A DNA stretch of 63,644 nucleotides, the filler included, from Chiloscyllium plagiosum (taxonomy: Eukaryota): the NCBI RefSeq assembly GCF_004010195.1. It is 3 parts of one record of this genome, joined end to end, with 100 filler letters (N's around TTAATTAATTAA, not from the genome) between each part and the next. Parts side by side here need not be neighbours in the genome. Positions count along the whole stretch, not along the records: positions 1 to 28,156 come from NC_057715.1; 2 more parts are not named here. One strand, written 5' to 3'. Under the pieces are notes generated by a model. The model was not told the DNA's origin. It did not search any database and saw nothing but the letters and a program-made list of their open reading frames with translations. The translations under genes and the position numbers were made by a program. Of this stretch, positions 1 through 12,055 are shown in pieces. Numbering within the stretch: position 1 is the first letter of the stretch; the number at the start of each line of letters is the position of its first letter.

Positions 1-480
1 TTTAAACTCCCACATCTGACAAGATGTACATATCACTGCAAAGGCCATTTTTGCTCCTTCACAATCTACAGACCCAGAAAATAACACCGTCTTATTCCTC
101 TACAAACACTGCCCCAGGTTAAATTAATAGCTATGGCTTATATTTTAAGTTTAATCAAGAGACTTACCTCCAAAAACATATAACCAAGAAAGAATCCACT
201 CTACTCACTACTGCAGCCTCTCTCTTGGACAGACTTAAAACAACAATTAACTTATCTGATTCTGTGCTCCTTAATAATAATTTCTAACACATCTCCCATG
301 GCAGACATCAAACTAACCGGCCTATCGTTTCCTGTTTTCTGCTTCCCTTTGTTCTTGAATAGAGGTGTCGTATCTGCTACTTTCTTAACAGAGCCCATCC
401 AGAATCTAGCACATTTTGGAGCATGAATACCAATGTATCCACTACCTCATTAGCTATCCCTTCTGTGATCGCAGGTGAAG
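1..480 (-). mobile_element. Degenerate CR1 LINE fragments (5' region and RT piece)
   Basis: 270-480 is the reverse complement of a decayed RT segment encoding NDRPVSLMS (NYRPVSLT-like); 1-268 resembles a CR1 5' UTR. Confidence 0.55.
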
Positions 481-789
481 TCCCTAGATTCAGCCACACA
501 GGGACATAGCAATTAGTATTTGCCGAATAAATAATAAGATAACTCTCCAACACCACCACAAGAGTTAAGGAGTCAATCCACTTCAAAATATCACTTGTTC
601 AAATCTACTCTTAATGTGGTGCATGGGGAGACTAGAGTTGGAAGGATTTACATTGGATGAAGCATTGAAGTCTAATGAGAGAGATTGGTGGAAAAAGTAA
701 ATTCAGCTGTCTTCAATGGAATGACAGTTTTGGAACATCAATTTCACATTCAAGCATAGGACTCAGTTACATACACATGGATGTACTTA

Positions 790-1079
790 CAGTTCATCAA
801 ATGAGATGCAGCTGCAGAGACTGAAGGGAGTAAGGGTGGAAATGGTGAGGCAATAGCATAATCTTCCAACCCTTTTTAGAAATGGGGTGGTGCTAGGGAA
901 TAGGAGGATTGCATATTTTACTGTATTTCAAGAAAGGGCTCATTGATCAGTAACTATACATCAGCCAATTAAACCTCAACAATGGAAAATCTTTAGATAA
1001 TCAATCAAAAAGAATAGATTAATTATGGAAATATAGCATGTATTTGTTAAAGGCAAATTGTATTTAACTAACTTGATTG
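790..1079 (+). mobile_element. Old CR1 RT fragment, left half (resumes at 4321)
   Basis: Ends in tttgttaaaggcaaattgtatttaactaacttgattg (FVKG...LTNLI-like) and continues as gagttttttc...atggacttccaaaacgcattt (EFF...MDFQNAF) after 4330. Confidence 0.7.
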
Positions 1080-1170
1080 TTATGATGTGGAGGGGACAGT
1101 GTTGGACTGGGGTGGACAAAGTTAAAATTCACATAACACCAGGTTATAGTTCAGCAGGTTTATTTGGAAG

Positions 1171-1205
1171 AACAAGCTTTCGGAGCACTGCTCCTTCGTC
1201 AGGTA
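1171..1205 (-). ncRNA. Minimal hammerhead ribozyme motif (PLE-A)
   Basis: The minus strand reads UAC-CUGACGA-A-GGAGC(AGU)GCUCC-GAAA-GC-UU-GUU. The core is intact but stem I is weak. Confidence 0.6.
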
Positions 1206-1267
1206 GCTAGTGGAGCAGGCTCACAGGACACAGAATTTCTTGCAAAAGATCATAGAGTCATATAATG

Positions 1268-2910
1268 ATATAGAATGTGAGGAAATAGATGGTGACATCT
1301 AGAAAAATGTCCATATTACAGAGAAGGAAGTGCTAGATGTCTTGAAATGCATAAGGGTGAATAAATCCCCAGGACCTGATTGTATGTACACTAAAACTCT
1401 GTGGGAAGCTTGGGAAGTGATTGCTGGGCCCTTTGCTGAGATATTTGTATCATTGACAGTTACAGGTGAGGTGCCAGAAGACTGGAGGTTGGCTAACGTG
1501 GTACCACTATTGAAGAAACATGGTAAAGGCAAGCCAGGGAACTATAGACTGGTGAGCCTGACGTCAGTGGTGGACAAATTGTCGGAGAGAATCCTGAGGG
1601 ACAGGATTTGGAAAGGTAGGGACTGGTTAGGGATAATCAACATGGCTTTGTGCGTGGGAAATCATGTCTCACAAACTTGATTGCGGTTTTTGAAAAAAAT
1701 AACAAAAAGGATTGATGAGGGCAGAACAATGGATGGTATCTATATGGATTTCAGTAAGGCGTTTGACAAGGTTCTCCATGGAAGACTGGTTAGCAAGATT
1801 AGATCTCATGGAACACAGGGAGAACTAGCCATTTGGATACAGAACTAGCTAGAAGACAGAGGGTGGTGGTGGAGGGTTGTTTTTCAGACTGGAGGCCTGT
1901 GACCAGTGGAATGCCTTAAGGATCGATGCTGGGTCCACTACTTTTCGTCATTTATATAAATGATTTGGATGTGAACATAGGAGGTATGATTGCAGATGAC
2001 ACCAAAATTGGAGGTGTAGTGAACAGCGAAGAAGGTTACCTCAGATTACAACGGGATCTTGATCAGATGGGCCAATGGGCTGAGGAATGGCAGATTAAGT
2101 TTAATTTAGATAAATGCGAGGTGCTGCATTTTGGGAAAGCAAAGCAGAGCGGACTTATACACTCAATGGTAAGGTCCTAGGGAGTGTTGCTGAACAAAAA
2201 GACCTTGGAGTGAGGTTCCGAGCTTCTTGAAAGTGGTCGCAGGTAGATAGGATAGTGAAGAAGGTGTTTGACATGCTTTCCTTTATTGGTCAGAATATTG
2301 AGTACAGGAGTTGGGAGGTCATATTGCTGCTGTACAGGACATTGGTTAGGCCACTTTTGGAATATTGTGTGAATTCTAGTCTCCTTCCTCTGGGACGAAT
2401 GTTGTGAAACTTGAAAGGGTTCTGAAAAGATTTACAAGGATGTTGCTAGGGTTGGAAGATTTGAGCTATAGGAAGAGGCTGAATAGACTGGGATTGTTTT
2501 TCCTGGAGCTTTGAAGGCTGACAGGTGACCTCATTGAGGTTTATAAAGTCATGAGGGGCATGGATAGGATAAATAGACAAAGTTTCTTCCCTGGGGTGGG
2601 GGAGTCCACTACTACAGGGCATAGATTTAGGGTGAGAGGGGAAAGATATAAAAAGGATCTAAGGGGCAACTTTTTCACACAGAGGGTGGTGCGTGTATGG
2701 AATGAACTGCCAAAGGAAGTGGTGGAGGCTGGTACAATTGCAACATTTAAAAGACATCTGGATGGGTATATGAATAGGAAGGGTTTGGAGGGATATGGGC
2801 CAAGTGCTAACAAATGGGACTAGGTTAGTTTGGGATATCTGGTTGGCATGGACGAGTTGGACTGAAGGGTTTGTTTCCGTGCTGTACCCATCTCCAAGAC
2901 TCTTTAACTC
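1268..2910 (+). mobile_element. 5'-truncated CR1 LINE (RT plus 3' UTR) nested in the PLE
   Basis: ORF fragments KSPGPD, NYRLVSLT, LGPLLFVIYINDL, ADDTK, NFFTQRVV; frameshifted. Confidence 0.92.
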
Positions 2911-4320
2911 ATGCTATATATTGACCAAACCACCCATACACAAGGACACATACACTACCACATACTCACACACGCAAGCAGACTCTCGTCCCCCAAACAC
3001 CCTCTCTCAGACGCGCACACACAATTTGGGGAGGGGGTGCGGTTTGTATCTGAGAGAGGGCATGTGTGTGGGAGAGGGTCTGCGTGGGTATGGGAGTGTA
3101 CGTGTGCTTGCGTGTGGGTGTATGTGGTGGGGTGGGGTCACCTATGGTGTGACATGAATCCAAGGTCCTGGTTGATTTGCAGATACATTCTGTTTTGTTC
3201 AAAAAGCACAAAATCTGCAGCCGATATTTTTTGTAATCGATGTGACATTTTATAAATTTCTACTTTGGGACCAGAACCAGTCTGACTCAAGATTGGAATA
3301 CATACAGACTCTAACCTCACACCATTGCACTATACACACACACAGACACTCCTTAACACACACTCACACAGACACTCTCACACACCCTTACAGACACACA
3401 CACACTCCCACATGCACCCCCTCACAGACGTAAGACACTCTACACTCACTACACACACATATACACTCACAACACCCAACCCAGACAGACACACAGACAC
3501 AGACACAAAGACCCACATACACACATATATTTTGTGGGGTGAATTTGTACTAGCAGAGTTGCATTGTACTTTGCTCAAAAACTGCATGAATTCATGTAAA
3601 ACTCTGTTACCTCACTTTTCAGATTAGAATCAATCTAAACATCATGGCATAGACAGAGAACACAGGGGGCTAACACCTTCAACATATTGTCTAGCTAACA
3701 CCAATTGTTACAATTAACCTGAGAATTCAACTTTTAAAATAAAGGTTTTGTGATTTACACATGAAAGAAGTGAAACTATCATGGTATTCAAACAGATGAA
3801 AGACTCAATAGACAATCAAGGTATTTTTCAATGTATAATTTCAGTTACATCACACTGTAAATCTTTGCTATAAATTCTGTGCCTTACAATTGGGTCTTCC
3901 ACAATCACCTGATGAAAGAGTGACGCTCCGAAAGCCAGTGTGCTTCCAATTAAACAAGTTGGACTATAACCTGGTGTTGTGTGATTTTTAACTTTAACCT
4001 CACACCTGTAATCATTGTCTGAGCTGAGATATGAACTCTGCTCTGTCCACAAGTTATCTTGGGAATGTGACTTGAAAGAAATTCTGGGATTTACATATTA
4101 ATGATTCGAAACCTGCAATCCATTCTAAAAGATGAAAGACTATAAAGCAATCTAGGTTTGTTCAATATATCGCATCAGTTGTACAATACTATGATCTTTT
4201 GCGAGAAATTCTGTGTCCTATGATTCTGCCCCACTAGCTACCTGACGAAGGAGTAGTGCTCCGAAAACTTCTACTTCCAAGTAAACCTATTCAAATATAA
4301 CCTGGTGTTGTACGATTTTT

Positions 4321-4450
4321 AACTTGATTGAGTTTTTTCAGCTAGTTAACAGAAAGGATTGATGAAGGTATAGAGGTTGATGTAATATACATGGACTTCC
4401 AAAACGCATTTAATACAGTGTTACCTTACGGGTTTTTCACAAAAGTTGCA
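4321..4450 (+). mobile_element. Old CR1 RT fragment, right half
   Basis: NLIEFF...IDEG..VDVIYMDFQNAF continuation of the fragment ending at 1079. Confidence 0.7.
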
Positions 4451-4479
4451 GCACATATAATTCCGCTTTTAATTCTGCC

Positions 4480-4690
4480 CAATTGCATTTTCTGGATTTC
4501 ATTACTGCAGTTCTGTCAGCCCCGGAATTCTCTCATGAAAAGTCTTCATCTTTTGCTCAACACTTCTTAACCTGCCCTCTTTGACTAAGCTTCAGGTCAC
4601 CTTAAAGTCAAATTTTGTGCAATTACAGTCCAAAATGTTCTGAGGTGTTTTATCTTGATAAAGTCATTATAAAAATGGGAGTTGTACTTT
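4480..4690 (+). mobile_element. L2-like 3' end fragment
   Basis: ctctttgactaagct...ggtcac motif shared with the L2-like copy at ~20320. Confidence 0.4.
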
Positions 4691-6137
4691 GTTAGGTTCT
4701 TTTCCTTATACTTAATTAAGGTAAGCATTGTGGAAGCCATCAGTTTGTTCTGAGTGAACTATGCTATAGTTTACTGAGCCAACACAATTGCCACAATTCT
4801 GAATTTTAAAGAATCACACATCGCTACTCGAGTTGAAAGAACCCATTAAACTAGAACTGTCTCGGCCAAAGTGAATTCCCACATGAAAGCTTTGAGCTAC
4901 ATTAAGAAGCACCACAATATGGTGCAACAGCTGATATTCTCTTGCCACAGTATCAGCTTCAAGATAGCTTTGTTTACGAAGCTGAAACTATGAGCTTGCA
5001 TTCTGTGGTATAGCTGGGCATAGAATAACCCAGATTTGTTTTCACACACATAGACTTCTCATATTACTGTTCGTCCATTGCTAAAATAATTTCTGCACTG
5101 AAAGTTAGTCGAAAGGTTTCAGAACCCTTTCTAAATTACTTCTGTTGCTACTAGTCCTTTGTTGGCCTTCAGTTTATGCAAATTATTGATCATACATTTG
5201 ACATTCCTACCCTCTGTGGGGTCTTTAATTACATCAGTGTCACTAAACAATGTGTGCACTGCCAAAGATTTTCAAGGTCGATCATTTTTGAACTGTTTGT
5301 TGAGAATGCTCTGTCCAAAGTCATAATGCCACCCTGGGCAACTGCTCATGAACTCTGATCTACGTGGTCCCTCCCAATCTTTTCATTAACATAGCACACT
5401 CAATGAGACAAACAATTCCACTGCATAGCCACTTTTTTCAGCTAAACTGATTGTTCATAAACATCACACTTACTTGCAAAGACCTATGGTTACGGTCTTA
5501 CCTGAGTGGTTTGCAACACAGTGCAAACAAGTGTAACAAGGATTAAATGTATTAATGTTTCAAATCCACTGGAAAACAAAACCATCTTTGACTGCGAGTA
5601 CAACCTCATTTTCAAAATCTGCTCGACCTGACAATTTCTAACTAATGATGGCCCTTAATCTGTTTCACAGACTGCACTGGATTCAGGGGTCTGAATTTTG
5701 CAGATGGCATTTCATATTTATGAACAGTATTTTTTAGAAGTATAATTTTTAATCAAATAATTGAGCTAAAACGTTAATGGAATTCAATGGATCAGAGCAA
5801 AATGCAAATTGCAATTTACCAGGCTCGAGGGAAAAGCAGCCTGCTGGTGTGTGCAGAGCTTTTTGATCTGGGGATCAAATCTAACCCCACTGACAACCAT
5901 TCCCTCCTGTTGTTTTTTACATACGCCAGTGATGAAATGCGAGCTCGCAGCGGTACGTTGTCAGAAACATCAATAGTACAGCAATAACGTGGGTAGAGAT
6001 TATTGGGTTTTCATGCATGTAGTCAGCCAAAACACATACAAAGACACCTTTTGGAGAATTCATCTACATTGTACAATCATCCACAGCTCTGTGCATTCCT
6101 CCTTTTCTTTTAATGTCAGCTTTTGTGATGGATCATC

Positions 6138-7207
6138 TAGAGTCATAGAGATGTACAACACGGAAAAAAGACCCTTCAGTCCAGCTCAACCATGCTGACC
6201 AGACATCCAAAATTAATGTATGCCCATTTGCCAGCCTTTGGTCCATATCCCTCTAAACCTTTCATATTCATATACCCATCCAGATGCCTTTTAAATGTTG
6301 TAATTGTACAAGTCCCCACAACTCCCTCTGGCAGTTCATTCCATATTCGCACCAACCTCCGTGTAAAGAAATTGCCACTTAAGTCTCTTTTAAATTTTGC
6401 CCCTCTCACTTTACACCTATGCCCTCTGGTTTTGAACTCCCCTACCTTGGGGAAAAGACCTTGACTATTCATCCTATCCATGCCCCTCATGATTTATAAA
6501 CCACTTTAAGGTCACCCCTCAGCCTTCAATGCTCCGGGAAAAATAGCCTCAGCCTAGTCAGCCTCTCCCCATAGCTCAATCCTTCCAACCCTGACAACGT
6601 TCTTGTAAATCTTTCTCTGAACCCTTTCAAGTTTAACAACATCTTTTCTATAGTAGAGAGACCAGGACTGAGCGCTGTATTCAAAAAGTGGCCTAACCAA
6701 TGTCCTGTACAGCCACAACATGACCAATTCCTAGACTCCATACATTGTCCAATAAAGGCAAGTGTACCAAACAGCTTCTCCACTACCCTGCCTATTTTCA
6801 TGGAACTACGAACCTGCACTCCAAGGTCTCTTTGTTCAGTAACATTCCCCAGGTCCTTATCATTAAGTGTATAAGTCCTGCCCTGATTTGCCTTTCCACA
6901 AATGTAGCATCTCACATTTATTTAAATTAAAGTCCATCTGCCACTCCTTGGCTCATTGGCCCATCTGATCAAGGTCCCGTTGTAATCTGAGATAACCTTC
7001 TTCGCCGTCCACTGCATCACCAAAAAAGCTGTAAATTAACTGACCACACATCCATGTCATTTATATAAATAACAAAAAGCAGTGGACCCAGCACCAATCC
7101 CTGCATCACACCATTGATCACAGGGTTCCAGTCTCAAAAGCAACCCTCCTCCATCACCCTTTGTCATTCTAGCCAATTTTGTATCCAAATGGCTAGTTCT
7201 CTCTGTA
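6138..7207 (-). mobile_element. 5'-truncated CR1 LINE
   Basis: ORFs RGHRCKVRG..NFFTRRLV and RDLGVQV; ctctatgactcta tail on the minus strand. Confidence 0.92.
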
Positions 7208-7209
7208 TG

Positions 7210-8400
7210 AAAATTCACTAAATCACAGCTTTCCACATTTGCTGAAAGGAAGCAGAATTCAAACTTCTGTTGCAGCGTTTTAAGACATTTGGGCATTTAC
7301 AGCTAAGTCTGTCATTGATGATGTCATCTCAAGTAAACTCTCTGCTGCTGTGTCTTGCCAAAGGCCTTGTTTTGATGTAAAAGACGGAGGTTTATCTGCA
7401 ATGGTCAGGATTGTCTTATTCTTCCCCTGCACTTTAGTATTCAGCTCACTCAGATGGCATGATGATGTCTGTGAGATATGCCAGCTTAGCCCACGAGTAA
7501 TCATCTGACCGCATCTCTTTCCAAGGCTGTTCATGTGTTGAAAAGTCTGTCAGTTCTCTCCAGATCTCATGAACACTGGAGAGAACCTTACCCCACAATA
7601 ACCATCTCACCTTGACTATAAACTGGAAAGCTTGGCCTCTATTTCTGCACACAAAGTAGTGAACCAACATGACTTCAATCACTGTGGTTTCAGTAATTCA
7701 TGGTTTTCACACTTGTTCTAATACAACAGCTAAACCTGGTGACATTGTTTTGATGACAACAGCTTCACTGTGGAGAATGCAATGGTTGATCTGAATGTCA
7801 GAATGTTCCTCTTTCACCTTACTGACAAACCTTTTGACATCCCCTATCATGAGGGGTGCTCCATCAGTTCAAATGCTCCAACACATGACCCAGATAAGTT
7901 TGTTTCATTCAAGTAAGTAGCACCTACCCAGCCATGACCTATTGAATGGCAGAGCAGGCTGGACAAGCCGAGCAGTCTACTGCTGCTCCTGTTCCTTATG
8001 GTCTTAAAATATTTCTTCGTAAGTCGCATAATTTGGTAGCTCCTTACAAAATAAGAAATGGTCCTGAATGGAGTTTCCATCAATATATTGAACACCGGCC
8101 AGCAGCTGGCAATGTCTGTGGACACATCAATCTGCAAAGCAAACTTCCCATCAGTAGTTAACTTCTCCTGCAGCACCTCTTCAATGTCAGCTGACATCAT
8201 CAATTTGACATTTAACTGTATTATCAGGGTGGAATTTTGATGATCTCTTTTGCAGCATCAGTTCCTAACATCACACCTGCAATTTTTTTTATACGTGGGC
8301 ATGTTTAATGTTTCGGCAATGATAAGCTCAGCCACCAGGTAACTAGTCTCTTGAGTTTTATCTGACACCAGCTTTATCAGAAGAACGGTCACTGGATCCA
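7210..8400 (-). mobile_element. Decayed hAT (Buster/Charlie, ZBED8/FAM200-like) transposase
   Basis: Motifs FALQIDVSTD, VRWLLWGKVL, LAYLTDI and LNTKVQGKNK occur in different frames. A short CR1 tail is inserted at ~7943-8005. Confidence 0.8.
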
Positions 8401-8614
8401 AAATTTTGACTCTGCTTTTCTCTCCTCAGGTGCTGCCAGATCTGTAGAATTTCACCAGCAATATTTGTTTCTATTCCCACTTTGTCATATGCTAGATTTG
8501 CTTCATGTATTGTTCTTTCAACACTTGAAGTACTGAATGTCTTTGTTTGCAAATAGCAATTTAACTTAATTAGTAGCAAGATAGTGTTTAAAAGTTTGGC
8601 ACTGAGAAAGTATT

Positions 8615-8738
8615 ACAAAGGGCTTACGTCTGAATGGTTGACTCTCCTGCTCCTCGAATGCTGCCTGACCAGCTGTGTTTTTGCAACGCCACAATTTTTG
8701 ACTCTGATCTCTAGCATCTGCAGTCCTCACTTTCTCCC
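8615..8738 (+). mobile_element. Penelope-like family B terminal fragment
   Basis: ctcctgctcctcgaatgctgcctgacc...gcatctgcagtcctcactttctcc matches the termini at ~24900, ~51740 and ~60290. Confidence 0.7.
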
Positions 8739-9367
8739 AGCATCACAGTGTTTGCCAGCTTCTCTCTGCCGGTGAGATATTTACATAAGGGGCAAGCAGC
8801 ATATCTGCTATCCATGAAAATCCAAAGGCCAGATAGCTCTCATTACACTGTTTCTGAACTGTTTTGCTTATTACTTTTTGGGTTTGGTGTTACATTAATG
8901 ACTGAATTAGCAGAAGAATTGCCCTTTTGAGAACAAACTTATCATTTCTTCTTAGATCAGCGGAAATAACATCGATTTTGCAAGGGAACATGGATGGAGT
9001 CAATTTAGCTGCAGATGCTAACACCAATTTGTTTTGTCTCATTTTACTAACAAAAGAAAGTGCATGGATGCCATGCTCAGTTTCAATGGTCACTAGCAAA
9101 AACTATTACATCATGTCAGCTTTTCCTTGGGCCATCTGCATTGAGAACATCCATTTCTTAGAGTCGAAAGACAGAGTTACCTCACTTCTATGTTGATGAT
9201 TAATTTTCGCAAGTTTTATGAGTTGAAATTTTGGTTGGATAGAATATTGCTTCAGAGGAAACTCTGTCTTACATTAATTTTCATTATCTTGGCTCAAAAT
9301 ATCACAGTATGCTTGACAGTTCTTGCCACACATCAGTGTGACATGACACATCGGTTGATAACTTCAG

Positions 9368-10272
9368 TTAGTAAGTTTGCAGATGACACCAAAATTGGAG
9401 ATGTAGTGGATAGCAAAGGTTACCTCAGATTACAATAGGATCTTGATCAGATGGGCCAATGGGTTGAGAAGTGGCAGATGCAGTTTAATTCAGATAAATG
9501 CGAGGTGCTTCATTTTGGGAAAGCATATCTTAGCAGGACTTATACACTTAATGATAAGGCCCTAGGGAGTGTTGCTGAACAAACAGACCTTGGAGTGCAG
9601 GCTCATAGCTCCTTAAAAGTAGAGTTGCAGGTAGAAAGGATAATGAAGAAGGCTCTTGGTATGCTTTCTTTTATCGGTCAGAGTATTGAGTACAGGGGTT
9701 GGGAGGTCATGTTGCGGCTCTACAGGACATTGGTTAAGCCACTGTTGGAATATTGCGTGCAATTCTGGTCTCCTTCCTATCGGAAAGATGTTGTGAAACT
9801 TGAAAGGGATGTTGCCAGGATTGGAGGATTTGAGCTATAGGGAGAGGCTGAACAGGCTGGGGCTGTTTTCCCTGGAGCATCGGAGGCTGAGTGGTAACCT
9901 TATAGAGGTTTACAAAATTATGAGAGGCATGGATTAGGATAAATAGACAAAGTCTTTTCCCTGGAGTGGGGGAGTCCAGAACTAGAGGGCATAGGTTTAG
10001 GGTGAGAGGGGAAAGATATAAAAGAGACCTAAGGGGCAACATTTTCACGCAGAGGGTGGTACATGTATGGAATGAGCTGCCAAAGGAAGTGGTGGAGGCT
10101 GGTACAATTGCAACATTTAAAAGGCATTTGGATGGGTATATGAATAGGAAGGGTTTGGAGGAATATGGGCCAGGTGCTGGTAGGTGGGACTAGATTGGGT
10201 TGGGATATCTGGCTGGCATGGACGGATTGGACGAAAGGGTCTGTTTCCATGCTGTACACCTCTATGACTCTA
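9368..10272 (+). mobile_element. 5'-truncated CR1 LINE
   Basis: SKFADDTK, QFNSDKCEVLHFG, LEYCVQFWSP; ctctatgactcta tail. Confidence 0.93.
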
Positions 10273-11185
10273 CTGACCACTCGACCTTCCTCCATCTCTA
10301 TGGCACCATTCTCCTGCAAGTTTACTTTTTACTAATTCAACTTAGAGTTAACCACTCTTTAAAATTAAATTTCTTACTGTTGTTACACAGCTAGCTGTAT
10401 TGTGCTTCAGGGGTAAAATTGCTGATTCAATATAGAAAACAATATTTATATTTATTATTTGCATGCTACCATGTGTAAGAAACTCTAGTCCTGAATACAA
10501 ATATACACAGGACGGGGGGGTTCTCCAATTTAATTTATTAAAAATCAAATAGTTTAAAGATCTGTGCTATAGATACAATTAATGAAATACAATAGTTTGT
10601 GTCTTTTCATTATCAGTTTGTGTCAGGACTCACTGTAATAAAAACAGAAAGTGCTGAAAAAACCCAGCTGTTATAGGAACAAACACTCATCTGGTCAGGT
10701 GTGCAGAGGCAGGAAAAATCCCAGCTCCACAAATCCGACCTTTAAAAATGGTCAACCACAATTCTAACTTTTGGTCTGGGGATTGGACTGAGTGTCAGTT
10801 TGGGAGATCAAGAGAAGTGGAGGAGTTGTCAGTTCCTGAAGCTGGCTGGAAGGAACTCCTGCCTGGGCATTCAGCACTGTGTTCACACTTCAGAAACTAA
10901 AGATTGATACATAAAACCATCCCTCCTGTGCCCATCCTCTCCTTTTCCATGATCAACCATGCCAGGCTTTGCCATCGAATTTCTGATCGTCACTCATACT
11001 CCCAATGCCACCATCACCCTACACCCATCAACCCATTTCTAATGGTACCTCATACCCTCCTATACCTCCAATTATCTCCATCGTCCTATTATGGTACCTA
11101 TGTTATTTCTATACAGCTCAGACCTGGAGTAGTGTAGACTTGGCATAGAGAGAGAAGTGCAAAGGGTAGCTCCTGTGCACTCCAG

Positions 11186-12010
11186 GTAGTGATAAACGGC
11201 TCCATTTCGGAATGGCAGGTAGTGACCAGTGGAGTACCGCAGGGATCAGTGCCGGGATCGCAGCTTTTTACAATATATATTAATAATATAAAAGATGGTA
11301 TTAGTAATAACATTAGCAATTTGCTGATGATACTAAGCTAGGTGGCAGGGTGAAATGTGAGGAGGATGTTAGGAGTTTACAGGGTGACCTGGACAGGTTA
11401 GGTGAGTGGTCAGATGCATGGCAGATGCAGTTTAATGTGGATAAATGTATGGTTATCCACTTTGGTGGCAAGAACAGGAAGGCAGATTACTACCTAAATG
11501 GAGTCAAGTTAGGTAAAGGGGCAGTACAGAGAGATCTGGGTATTCTTGTACNNNNNNNNNNNNNNNNNNNNNNNNNNNNNNNNNNNNNNNNNNNNNNNNN
11601 NNNNNNNNNNNNNNNNNNNGAGGGGATCTGATTGAAACATATAAGATTATTAAAGGTTGGGACACTCTGGCGGCAGGAAACATGTTTCCGCTGATGGGTG
11701 AGTGCCGAACCAGAGGACACAGCTTAAAAATACGGGGTAGACCATTTAGGACAGAGATGAGGAGAAACTTCTTCACCCAGAGAGTGGTGTCTGTGTGGAA
11801 TGCTCTGCCCCAGAGGGCAGTGGAGGCCAAGTCTCTGGATTCATTTAAGAAAGAGTTAGATAGAGCTCTCAAAGATTGTGGAATCAAGGGTTATGGAGAT
11901 AAGGCAGGAACAGGATACTGATTAAGGATGATCAGCCATGATCATATTGAATGGTGGTGCAGGCTCGAAGGGCAGAATAGCCTACTCCTGCACCTATTGT
12001 CTATTGTCTA
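11186..12010 (+). mobile_element. CR1 LINE of a second subfamily (contains the gap at 11552-11619)
   Basis: SGVPQGS, QFNVDKC, RRNFFTQRVV; (ctattgt)n tail. Confidence 0.9.
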
Positions 12011-12055
12011 AACCATTGTATATCTTAGGAGGTAGACAGAAAATAAAGCTGTGCA

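Larger units (their letters stand above)
1080..4325. mobile_element. Rearranged Penelope-like element (family A) with inverted and tandem pseudo-LTRs, interrupted by a CR1
   Basis: ~1115-1260 is an inverted copy of ~4185-4325, and a second terminal copy lies at ~3860-3995. A GIY-YIG-like C-terminus (NQDLGFMSHH) is on the minus strand near 3145-3175. It also has hammerhead motifs, CA-rich tracts and a flanking duplication taacttgattg (1069-1079 and 4320-4330). Confidence 0.75.

Noticed and set aside
2911..3627. Several 60-120 aa His/Thr- or Val/Cys-rich ORFs
   Set aside because: They are translations of CA/TG microsatellite-like sequence.
5229..5333. Minus-strand GGIMTLDRAF... resembling the start of the next UBAC2 exon (GGMINWNRLF)
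   Set aside because: No polypyrimidine tract, a stop after 34 codons, and no EVSEEQ-like end or donor site; probably chance.
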